The notes: generated by a model not told the origin, from the sequence alone. A stretch of 32,000 nt of DNA from Candidatus Electrothrix sp. GW3-4 (GCF_037902255.1 NZ_CP147990.1:3900001-3932000), one strand, 5' to 3'. Shown: positions 1 to 7,698, counted from the first letter of the stretch. A program made the numbers and translations.

Positions 1-250
1 CAAGCTCAGGCTCCTGCTCCAGCATGTCCACAGTAAAGCCCTCGGAGAGAAGGCTCTCGCCCTCAAAGTCCTTATCCTTGCCCGCCAGGATACGGAGCAA
101 GGTACTCTTTCCTGAGCCGTTCAGGCCCAGCACCCCGATCTTGGCGCCGTAGAAATAGGAGAGGGAGATATCTTTAATAATAACTTGATCTTTGTACTTT
201 TTACTGACCTTAATCATCGAATAGATGATCTTATTCGCTTCTTGTGCCAT
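1..250 (-). CDS. ettA: Energy-dependent translational throttle EttA (ABC-F ATPase); N-terminal 83 codons only, gene continues off the left edge
   Basis: Reverse-complement translation from the ATG at 250-248 gives MAQEANKIIYSMIKVSKKYKDQVIIKDISLSYFYGAKIGVLGLNGSGKSTLLRILAGKDKDFEGE... It has Walker A GLNGSGKST and is colinear with the E. coli EttA/YjjK N-terminus as I recall it. It is absent from the ORF track because the window edge truncates it. Confidence 0.85.
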   Translation of the reverse strand, partial: MAQEANKIIYSMIKVSKKYKDQVIIKDISLSYFYGAKIGVLGLNGSGKSTLLRILAGKDKDFEGESLLSEGFTVDMLEQEPEL

Positions 251-595
251 ATGCTCCGTTCTGTATTGAATGAGGGTATTGACCGCCTTGGGTCGCTCGA
301 ACTTGTTGTGCTCGTCCGGCTGGAACCAAGCGGCTGGAAGATTTGTTCAGCGTTACTATCTGTTCATAAACTGTATCTTGTTTTTTTGCGAAGGATTTCT
401 GCATGAATTTTGGGGGATATCCTTTGTTGTGGGATAGCACAGATCGCTGGCATTCATTGCTTGAATTTTCTAAGGACATGCGATAGATAAAGAGTTTTAG
501 CTATCGTTTCAACCAGTTTTCCCTCTCGTTCGGAGCCTTATCGCAGAGACATTTGATACGTTTTGCCTGTAACTTCCGAGAAAAGCAATGCTTTT

Positions 596-1125
596 TGTTT
601 GCAAATAAAAGGTTGTTTGTTATCAAGAGAAGGTTATTAGTAACAAACAAGGAGTTGTTTGTAGCTAACAGAAGGTTGTTTGTAATAAATAAGGAGTTGT
701 TTGTAGCTAACAGAAGGTTGTTGATAACCAACGAAGGAGTGTTTGTTAACAAGAGAAGGTTGTTTGTAACAAACAAGGAGCTGTTTGCTATAAACAGAAG
801 GTGTTTGATAACCAACGAAGGAGTGTTTGCTCCTAGCAAAAGATTGTTTGCTACCAACAAAAGGTTGTTGTTAATCAACGAAGGAGTGTTTGCTATCAAC
901 GGAAGGTGTTTGATAACCAACGAAGGAGTGTTTGCTATCAACGAAAGGTGTTTGATAACCAACGAGGGAATGTTTGCTCATGACAGAAGGTTGTCAGCTA
1001 TTAACAAAAGGTTCTTGGTAGCCAACAAGGGGTTGTTTACTCCTGATAGAAAGCTCTCAGCTATCAAGAAGAATATTTTGTTTAACAGCAAGAATCTATT
1101 GTTTGTCCGTAAAGGTGTGTTACTG
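596..1125. repeat. Degenerate tandem array of about 25 units of 21 bp (alternating 20/22 in places), organised as about 12 copies of a 42-bp higher-order unit. Consensus TGTTTG-yTAnC-AAC-rAAGG(AG)T.
   Basis: TGTTTG-like anchors occur at 614, 635, 656, 677, 698, 719, 740, 761, 782, 802, 824, 845, 866, 887, 907, 929, 949, 971, 992, 1013, 1034 and 1055. Near-identical 42-mers lie at 782-823, 887-928 and 929-970 (TGTTTGCTATCAACGGAAGGTGTTTGATAACCAACGAAGGAG). Units alternate ...AAGGT and ...AAGGAG endings. Many units are imperfect palindromes, for example TTGTTTGTAACAAACAA at 760-776. Confidence 0.9.
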
Positions 1126-1208
1126 AGTAAACACTAGCATAAAAAAACTCCGCTCACTAACAATATTGCACAGAAAAACAATATATTACCAAAGGGGCTT
1201 CGATTTAA

Positions 1209-3302
1209 ATGAATAAGTCTGGTTCAGGGTCAGCAACAAATGCAGGGATAGATTACCAGCAAAGAGTCTCTGCATTATTTCTAATAGCTTTACATTCTCA
1301 GTTCGACATCTCACAATTACTTAACATTAATGACGAATTAAATATTAAGTATGTTTCATACGAGACTGCAGAAAATGTAGATGATCTCAATATTATTTGC
1401 GATGACAACAAAATTTTATACATGCAAATTAAGCGCAAAATTGCGCTTTCCAAAAAAGACGGCTCTGAATTCCAAAAAGTAATTGAACAGTTTCTTTCTC
1501 AATATATCGCTGAACAAAAAATATCTGATCGGTTTCTTCTCATCACTACGTCAGACACATCAAAAAGTATTAAATATGATCTCAAAAAAATTTTTGACAG
1601 TATTAGGCTTAACGATACTGGATTTAAAGCGAACCCTTGCAATAATAACGAAGAAAAAACTTATTCAATCTTAGAAACAGTTTTTAATAACTCATATAAA
1701 AAACTGACCCAACATGAACCATCAAATAAAGATTTTGTTATATTTTGCAAGCAAGTATTCGTGTCTATTATTGATGTAGAAACCGATATGACAACAGAGA
1801 AAATAGCTGTCATGCTTTTGCACAGTGAAGGAATTAATATGCCATCACTGGTTTGGAACTACTTAGTATCCCAGAGTCTATATTATGCAACTAACAGATT
1901 ATCTTTAAACCGTGATGGTATAAATAACACTCTAGCAAAATATCAAGCCAAAAAGCCTACTCAGAAAGAATTGGAAATTCAATTAAATGAACTTTTGAAA
2001 CCGGTAATACTTAATGTTTCAGAGCTTGCAACAGGAAAGGATGTTTTCATAGTAGAGTCTTTTGTCGAAGGTCTTGATTACGCCATAGTTGAACTATTTA
2101 GATTCGATAGTAATGGAGAGAAAAGAGTAAAATTTGAGGACGACTATGTGCTATTAGGGGATAAAAAAGCAAAAGTTATTCGTCGTTTTTCCACAATGGT
2201 CGGCCTTCAAAGATATATGGAAGAAAACCAAGAATATTATAAAAATAAGAAAGTAGTAGTCCTTGAGTCGAGAGATATTGATACTGTTGAAGAAACCGAA
2301 GTGGCAAGAAAATATAAAGAATATTGCCATGAGCTACTCAACAAAAATACCACCCTTATCAATTGCATTCACTCTGGCAAAAGTTGCTTGTCAGCTTCAT
2401 GTTATTTCGTTGAAGTTGACTACCCAAACTATCCTCCTGCAATTGGCATGGTTCGAGAGGAATGCTTGTTGCCACTTGATCGAATTCTCGGTAAGCCAAT
2501 AATTCCGCAAGAAGATATTCGGTTCCCAACCGAAATAAACATATCGAGATGGATGAGTCTTCTCAATAAAGGTCAAGGGTTATTAAAATCATTACCTGAA
2601 GTCAAGAAAGATTTGAAATGTAAAGTGTTACAAGTGGGCTGGAATGAAGATAATCAAGTGTATGCTGAATACAACTATTGCATAAGAAAAAACTTGGAGG
2701 ATGGGAGTTCAGACTATCTCTGTTCCAGAGGAAAAATTCAACGTTTTTCTAAATATGAAGCCGATATTCAGGCAGATTGCCTTAACTCTGATATCTTAAA
2801 GAATAAAAACAATGATAATCGGCTTTGTGTGTCCTCGAAAAACAGGAGGGTTATATCTCGTCCTTTTTTAATGAAAATCAAAGAAAACGGTGAGGAAGTT
2901 CTGGAAGTCAGATCCTTTGAAGTCTGCAAGTATAGTCAACTGTTGGGAGATCTATATAATAATTGCGATAATTATTATGCCCCTCTCTGTTTTGTCATAC
3001 ACAAAGATACTGAACAAATATTTGTAATCGGCGATATAGTCCCTCTTATTTCAAACCCTTTCCAACTATATTTATTCATTGAAAATTGGGGGGAAGCAGG
3101 TTTCATATTTGATGACCATTCATTGTCTGTTATCCATAATGACTATGAATTTGATAAACATATGAGAGATATTATCAATGACAGCCTATTTCCAATAATT
3201 GATCCAAAGTTTACGTCTCAACAGGAATTGGAAGAAGGCATTGTTATTAGAGAAATAAATAAATTTATCGAAGAACAAAAAAATGCACAACCAGATGCTT
3301 AA
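1209..3302 (+). CDS. 697-aa protein with an N-terminal Cap4/DUF4297-like PD-(D/E)xK nuclease-type domain and a large unassigned C-terminal region; candidate defence effector or toxin
   Basis: This is a long uninterrupted ORF in very AT-rich DNA, where random ORFs should be short. The N-terminus reads GSATNAGIDYQQRVSALFLI...YETAENVDDLNIICDDNKILYMQIKRK. That gives a G-x-x-YQ opening followed by an E...DD...QxK arrangement, which is typical of Cap4-type dsDNA nuclease domains as I remember them. A Cys/His cluster follows: CHELLNKNTTLINCIHSGKSCLSASC. Residues ~240-697 have no motif I recognise. The function is an inference. Confidence 0.8.
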   Translation: MNKSGSGSATNAGIDYQQRVSALFLIALHSQFDISQLLNINDELNIKYVSYETAENVDDLNIICDDNKILYMQIKRKIALSKKDGSEFQKVIEQFLSQYIAEQKISDRFLLITTSDTSKSIKYDLKKIFDSIRLNDTGFKANPCNNNEEKTYSILETVFNNSYKKLTQHEPSNKDFVIFCKQVFVSIIDVETDMTTEKIAVMLLHSEGINMPSLVWNYLVSQSLYYATNRLSLNRDGINNTLAKYQAKKPTQKELEIQLNELLKPVILNVSELATGKDVFIVESFVEGLDYAIVELFRFDSNGEKRVKFEDDYVLLGDKKAKVIRRFSTMVGLQRYMEENQEYYKNKKVVVLESRDIDTVEETEVARKYKEYCHELLNKNTTLINCIHSGKSCLSASCYFVEVDYPNYPPAIGMVREECLLPLDRILGKPIIPQEDIRFPTEINISRWMSLLNKGQGLLKSLPEVKKDLKCKVLQVGWNEDNQVYAEYNYCIRKNLEDGSSDYLCSRGKIQRFSKYEADIQADCLNSDILKNKNNDNRLCVSSKNRRVISRPFLMKIKENGEEVLEVRSFEVCKYSQLLGDLYNNCDNYYAPLCFVIHKDTEQIFVIGDIVPLISNPFQLYLFIENWGEAGFIFDDHSLSVIHNDYEFDKHMRDIINDSLFPIIDPKFTSQQELEEGIVIREINKFIEEQKNAQPDA

Positions 3303-3495
3303 CTTGACTACAACCAATCCTTGGTTGCGCTGATGCGATCAGTTATGGCGGTGCAGCAGGTTAGCCACTCATGAATAAGTACCAATATTCGGTATGGTAA
3401 CAACATATGCAGAACAAGTCAATTCAGGCGACGACAAGAAAGCACTGATGCAGGTCGTTAGATATCGACAACCCCTCAAACAACGGAGCATTACA

Positions 3496-3936
3496 ATGGA
3501 CGACTACGAAAAATGGGAACAAGATTGCAAAAAGATCAAAAAAACGAACAAAGGCCTATTAAACGAATTTGAGGCATGGCTCAAAGCTTCCGGTCTCTCG
3601 GAAAAAACGATAAAGAAGCATCTTGAAAACGTTGACTTTTACCTCAATGAATATCTGCTGTACGAGGATGCAATTGAAGCAAAAGACGGTGCTGGCGATG
3701 TCGGTATGTTTCTGGGTTATTGGTTTATAAAAAAGGCAATGTGGGCAAGCAAATCAAGCATCAAGAGCAACGCAACAAGCCTGAAAAAGTTTTACACCTT
3801 TATGCATGAGAAAGGTTTGATAAAGAAAGAAGAACTGACAGATCTCAAACAAAGGATAAAAGAAGAGATGCCGGAATGGTTGGCAACCTTGGCCCGCTAT
3901 GATGACCCCTCAGTTGAAGATGTTTGGTTCGAGTAG
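3496..3936 (+). CDS. Stand-alone phage-integrase N-terminal SAM-like (core-binding) domain protein with no catalytic domain
   Basis: FEAWLKASGLSEKTIKKHLENVDFYLNEYL ... IKSNATSLKKFYTFMHEKGLI matches the two-helix-pair pattern of tyrosine-recombinase core-binding domains (GLSxxTIxxHLxxVxxF ... LKxFYxFxxxxGLI). I prefer the start at ATG 3496 because GGAG lies 7 nt upstream. The ORF track starts at 3394, which has no SD. No R..HxxR..Y catalytic domain follows. Confidence 0.6.
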   Translation: MDDYEKWEQDCKKIKKTNKGLLNEFEAWLKASGLSEKTIKKHLENVDFYLNEYLLYEDAIEAKDGAGDVGMFLGYWFIKKAMWASKSSIKSNATSLKKFYTFMHEKGLIKKEELTDLKQRIKEEMPEWLATLARYDDPSVEDVWFE

Positions 3937-4004
3937 AACTCATCAACAAGATCTGGACGAAACGCCTGTCCTGTTATCAACACCTTGTACAAAGTAGAAA
4001 AGAA

Positions 4005-4487
4005 ATGCCATACTCATTTTTTCATAGTCGTTTTCCTAAAGTTGCAGAGCGAGAAACCAGGTCAGTCACCGTGTATGATCCTTCAGAGTTTAATCTCCCA
4101 CCAGCAGATTATGCCTTTCTCGAAATGTTCTGTGACGAACCCGATTGTGACTGTCGTCGGGTATTTTTCACTGTAATATCTTCTCGTGAAGATGACGTTA
4201 AGGCGGTTATTTCCTGGGGGTGGGAAGACCAAGTTTTTTATACGAAGTGGATAAAGGATAGCGATCCTGATGTTATCAAGGAACTGATGGGCCCAATACT
4301 GAATATAATGAGTCCACAATCGGCCCAGGCCCCAGCTCTTCTCAAGCTCTTCCAAGAGGTATTACTCCCAGACACGGCCTATATCGAAAGAATAAAACGA
4401 CACTATGTCATGTTTCGTCAAACAGTTGACAAGAAGAGCAAAAAAAAGTTCCGCAGAAGGAAAGGGAAGATAAAAAGGATAAAATAA
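4005..4487 (+). CDS. Hypothetical protein with a CDEPDCDCRRV Cys motif and a poly-basic C-terminal tail
   Basis: The ORF is open from TTG 3924, which overlaps the previous gene. The first ATG is at 4005 (MPYSFFHSRFPKV...). The motif is YAFLEMFCDEPDCDCRRVFFTV, and the tail is KKSKKKFRRRKGKIKRIK. I recognise no family. The start is uncertain (3924 or 4005). Confidence 0.55.
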   Translation: MPYSFFHSRFPKVAERETRSVTVYDPSEFNLPPADYAFLEMFCDEPDCDCRRVFFTVISSREDDVKAVISWGWEDQVFYTKWIKDSDPDVIKELMGPILNIMSPQSAQAPALLKLFQEVLLPDTAYIERIKRHYVMFRQTVDKKSKKKFRRRKGKIKRIK

Positions 4488-4536
4488 GCAGTCACTTCAG
4501 CAGACAGGAAAAACGTTTACCCGGCAAAAAATCCCC

Positions 4537-4983
4537 ATGACTCCCCCATCATTTTCCGATCTCACCCTGGAGGACCTCCTCCCCCAACGCGGCGATATGC
4601 TGCTGATCCAGGAGGTCCTCGAAGTAGACAGAAGCGAAGCCCGTACCCTGTGCCGCCCCAAGCCTTCCTGGCCTATGGCCGATGCAAAGGGCGTCCCTCC
4701 CCTCATCCTGGTCGAGCTAGCTGCTCAGACCGCCGGGGTGTGCAACGGTTGGGACCGAATCCAGAGCAAAGGAAAAGACTCAGACCCGATGGGCTGGATC
4801 GTCGGGATCAAAAAAGCAGAGTTTTCCATTGACCATCTCCCCTTTGCCTGCGATATTATCAGCTGGGCAAAAAACACCTTCTGCTTTGACAATCTCCGGG
4901 AAGTGGCGTGCGAACAGCACATCGACGGCCAATTGATCAGCAGGATGACACTTCAGCTCTTTCAGGCAAAAACAGATGAGTAA
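4537..4983 (+). CDS. Hotdog-fold 3-hydroxyacyl-ACP dehydratase-like protein (FabA/FabZ-related, of the type found in aryl-polyene-like lipid clusters)
   Basis: LLPQRGDMLLIQEVLEVD...PPLILVELAAQTAGV is the typical LLPHRxPMLLxDxV...E.xAQ pattern of hotdog dehydratases. It overlaps the next gene by 8 nt (ATGAGTAA). Confidence 0.7.
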   Translation: MTPPSFSDLTLEDLLPQRGDMLLIQEVLEVDRSEARTLCRPKPSWPMADAKGVPPLILVELAAQTAGVCNGWDRIQSKGKDSDPMGWIVGIKKAEFSIDHLPFACDIISWAKNTFCFDNLREVACEQHIDGQLISRMTLQLFQAKTDE

Positions 4984-5719
4984 CGAACAGGCAAAAGAAC
5001 AGGAAACCGCCATCGTGACTGGCGGCAGCAAGGGAATCGGCAGGGCCATCTGCCTAGAACTGGCCCAAAACGGCTACTACGTTGTTATCAATTATATGGG
5101 CGATAAGAACGGGGCCGAGCAGACCCTGGTCCAGGTTGAAGAACAGGGCGGCCAGGGAGAAATCTGCCAATTCGATATCCGGGACCGGGAAAAGGTCGAA
5201 CAGATCATTGAGGATATCGCCCAACGACGGGGCAGCATTGATGTCCTGGTCAATAATGCAGGCATTATTGCCGACGGCCTTTTCATGATGATGAAGCCAG
5301 AAAACTGGGACGCTGTCCTTGATACCAGCCTGAACGGATTTTATAATATGACCCGTCCGGTCCTGGAAAAGATGGTGCGCAAACGCAAAGGCGCCATCAT
5401 CTCCATCTCCTCAGCCAGTTCCCTGGTGCCCAACAGGGGCCAAGCCAATTATGCCGCTGCCAAGGCAGGCTTGAACGCGGCCAGCAGAACCGTAGCCACC
5501 GAGGTAGCCCGCCTGGGTATTCGGGTCAATGTGGTTGCCCCAGGCCTCATTGAAACGGATATGATCCAGGAGGTGCCTAAGGACCATATCAAGACCATGA
5601 TCCCTATGGCCCGGATCGGCAGACCAGAGGAAGTTGCCCAGGTCGTCAGTTTTCTCTGCTCAGATGCGGCTTCCTATGTGACCGGTCAGGTCATCTCGGT
5701 CAACGGAGGCATGATCTAG
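4976..5719 (+). CDS. fabG: 3-oxoacyl-ACP reductase (SDR family, FabG-like)
   Basis: It has TGGSKGIGRAI (TGxxxGIG), NNAG, a Ser...YAAAKAG catalytic triad context and the PGLIETDM motif. Length is 247 aa. Confidence 0.9.
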   Translation: MSNEQAKEQETAIVTGGSKGIGRAICLELAQNGYYVVINYMGDKNGAEQTLVQVEEQGGQGEICQFDIRDREKVEQIIEDIAQRRGSIDVLVNNAGIIADGLFMMMKPENWDAVLDTSLNGFYNMTRPVLEKMVRKRKGAIISISSASSLVPNRGQANYAAAKAGLNAASRTVATEVARLGIRVNVVAPGLIETDMIQEVPKDHIKTMIPMARIGRPEEVAQVVSFLCSDAASYVTGQVISVNGGMI

Positions 5720-6345
5720 TGCTACGCATCTTCCTTTTTCTCTGTCTTTTCTGTCTTAGCGGCTCTGCTATCTCTGCCGTATCGCCCTTTCTTTCCTCTG
5801 GGATTGCAGCCACCGCCCCCTCAGAAGCAGGAGACTTCCGGATTGAGTCTATCCAGGCGGATTTCACCCAGGAAAAGCACCTGAAAATGCTGACCAAGCC
5901 CATTATCTCGACTGGCAAACTGCTCTTCCAGGCCCCTGCTTCTCTACGTTGGGAGTACACCAGCCCCTTTGCCTCTATTCTGCTCATGCACGAGGGCAAG
6001 GTCAAACGCTTCATCGAGCGTGATGGTGTTTTTCAGGAAGAAACAGGTATGCAGCTTGATGCAATGCAGGTGGTCTTGACCGAGATCAGCAGCTGGCTTG
6101 ATGGCCGTTTTACCGACAATGAGCTCTTCGCCGTCTCCTTTCCTGACGACAAGACCGTTGAGCTGACCCCAAAAGAACAGGCCTTTGCCCATCTGATCAA
6201 ACGAATTGAGTTGAAGCTCTCTGGGCAGAAGGGCTTGCTGGATCAGGTGACTATTACCGAAGGACCAGGGGCAAGCACGATTATGCGCTTCAGCAACAGG
6301 GTGCTGAATCAGGCAATCCCAGCCACCTCATTCACGCAAAGATGA
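5719..6345 (+). CDS. LolA-like outer-membrane lipoprotein carrier family protein
   Basis: A signal peptide (MLRIFLFLCLFCLSGSAISA) is followed by FTQEKHLKMLTKPIISTGKLLFQAPASLRWEY, the LolA-family signature region. The GTG start overlaps the fabG stop by 1 nt. Confidence 0.7.
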   Translation: MLRIFLFLCLFCLSGSAISAVSPFLSSGIAATAPSEAGDFRIESIQADFTQEKHLKMLTKPIISTGKLLFQAPASLRWEYTSPFASILLMHEGKVKRFIERDGVFQEETGMQLDAMQVVLTEISSWLDGRFTDNELFAVSFPDDKTVELTPKEQAFAHLIKRIELKLSGQKGLLDQVTITEGPGASTIMRFSNRVLNQAIPATSFTQR

Positions 6346-7049
6346 CACGAGTTCCCTTTCTTCTCCTCCCTGTACTTATACTCCTTGCCTGCTCCTTCTC
6401 CCTCACTGCCTGCGGGGGCAAGCAGACACTCCCTCTCCTCACCAAGGCCGACTCGCTCTCCGAAGAACCCGCTTCCTGCACCTCAATCTTTCCCCAGGGT
6501 GCATGGCAGTTTGTCCACTCCATTGATTTCACTTTGAAGCACGGTGGTGGCTCCACCGTCATCGGGGTAACCTCCTTAGGCCCTGATAGCCTGGAATGTG
6601 CCCTCGTCACCCCAGAAGGCTTCACCTTGTTTTCAGGCACCTTGGATCGGGAAAATAATTTTGCAGTCACACGGGCAGTTTCCCCGTTTGATAACCCGTC
6701 CTTTGCTCTGGGCCTGCTGGAAGACCTGCAAGCCATCTTCCGCAAACCTGTTGGGGAACTACAGCAAGGGTCTCTCAGCGAGCCCCCTGCCCCGGTCTGT
6801 CGATACACCACAAACGATGAAAAGGTGACCGATATCTTGTCGGATAAAAACGCTGAAACCTGCTGGCAGGTCCGCAATTACGCGCCTGATAAAGAGCTTA
6901 TACGCGCTATCGCCGCTCGATCCTGCCAGGCAGCAGGCCCAGGATCGGGTTCGGCCTCCATCCCGCAACAACTGGAACTCCAGACCTCTGGGCCAACCGG
7001 TTATACCTTAAAGATGAAGCTCATCTCTGCTGAACATCTACCGAACTAA
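6342..7049 (+). CDS. Putative lipoprotein, possibly of the DUF3261-like type that accompanies LolA-like genes in lipid clusters
   Basis: It has a lipobox LTAC-GG after a hydrophobic leader (MTRVPFLLLPVLILLACSFSLTACGG). An ATGA overlap links it to the upstream gene. The family assignment is from memory only. Confidence 0.6.
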   Translation: MTRVPFLLLPVLILLACSFSLTACGGKQTLPLLTKADSLSEEPASCTSIFPQGAWQFVHSIDFTLKHGGGSTVIGVTSLGPDSLECALVTPEGFTLFSGTLDRENNFAVTRAVSPFDNPSFALGLLEDLQAIFRKPVGELQQGSLSEPPAPVCRYTTNDEKVTDILSDKNAETCWQVRNYAPDKELIRAIAARSCQAAGPGSGSASIPQQLELQTSGPTGYTLKMKLISAEHLPN

Positions 7050-7164
7050 AGGCAAGGAAAACGCCTCAGCGTTTGCTCGCCCCCTTCCAACCTCCCCTGA
7101 GATCTCAACGAAAGTTCTCATACTGGTCCCTCTCTTTCTCCAACAGAGTTTCTTTGCCACCTGC

Positions 7165-7193
7165 TTGACTTCACCATTTAATTTGATAATAAT
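7165..7193 (+). promoter_or_regulatory. Candidate sigma70-type promoter for the 131-aa gene
   Basis: TTGACT at 7165-7170 is followed 14-17 nt later by the AT-rich GATAATAATAAT block (7185-7196), which offers several -10 registers. Confidence 0.35.
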
Positions 7194-7236
7194 AATTACA
7201 ACAAGTCAAAATAGAGAACAAACAGGGAGGTGTCCC

Positions 7237-7632
7237 ATGTTAAACCTTGCAGAACTGCGAAAAAACAGGATATTGGTCAACAGCATTGACTGGGCCATGA
7301 CTCCAGAAAAGGCAGTGGAAATGTATCTGGAATGGGGAACTGGCTGGATTCGGGGGAATGATTTCGTCTCAAGCTCCGATGACGAGAGCTATTATTTCGT
7401 CATCTATGACTGGGAGACAGAGCCACCGCAGGTTACCCTGGTCCATCGCACCCTTGGCGGTGCGGAAGAGTTGGCAAAAATTGAAGTCCCCAAAGAACTC
7501 TTTGACGCTGCCTGCCAAGAAGACGGGAGACGCCCTGGTGGGACGGTCCATCGCCTGAACAGAGGCCTTCAGGAATGGTTAAACACCCGCCTTAAGGGGC
7601 CCCCTATTGAGTTTTTCAACATAGAACAGTAA
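7237..7632 (+). CDS. Hypothetical cytoplasmic protein (131 aa)
   Basis: A strong SD (GGGAGG, 7225-7230) lies 6 nt upstream of ATG 7237, and a clean terminator lies downstream. I recognise no motif (MLNLAELRKNRILVNSIDWAMTPEKAVEMYLEWGTGW...). The ORF-track start at 7165 is unlikely. Confidence 0.6.
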   Translation: MLNLAELRKNRILVNSIDWAMTPEKAVEMYLEWGTGWIRGNDFVSSSDDESYYFVIYDWETEPPQVTLVHRTLGGAEELAKIEVPKELFDAACQEDGRRPGGTVHRLNRGLQEWLNTRLKGPPIEFFNIEQ

Positions 7633-7668
7633 AGATGAGGGGGCTGCCCACAGCCCTCATCTTCTTTT
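7632..7668. terminator. Rho-independent terminator between convergent genes
   Basis: AGATGAGGGGGCTG-CCCA-CAGCCCTCATCT stem-loop followed by TCTTTTG; A-rich on the other side. Confidence 0.65.
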
Positions 7669-7698
7669 GCTCAGCATATCTCTCACAATATATGTATG

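Noticed and set aside
231-479. 82-aa minus-strand ORF upstream of ettA
   Set aside because: It overlaps the ettA start, has no SD and has low-complexity, unremarkable composition. The region is more likely the ettA promoter or leader.
596-1125. CRISPR array
   Set aside because: The repeats are contiguous with no unique spacers, the unit is 21 bp and degenerate, and no cas genes are present.
501-1137. Two long ORFs across the repeat array (553-1137 plus strand, 194 aa; 501-962 minus strand, 153 aa) encoding 7-residue repeats (LFVxNxx / LLxTNNx)
   Set aside because: Both start at TTG with no SD and mirror each other on opposite strands. They remain open only because a stop-free 21-bp unit is iterated. 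The peptides have no coiled-coil or known repeat-protein logic. I treat them as repeat artefacts, although a heptad-repeat protein cannot be strictly excluded.
250-4540. Island borders marked by direct repeats, an att site or a tRNA
   Set aside because: I found no flanking direct repeats by eye, no tRNA at either border and no intact integrase. The integration mechanism therefore remains unknown, and the only tRNA (24451-24537) is 20 kb away.
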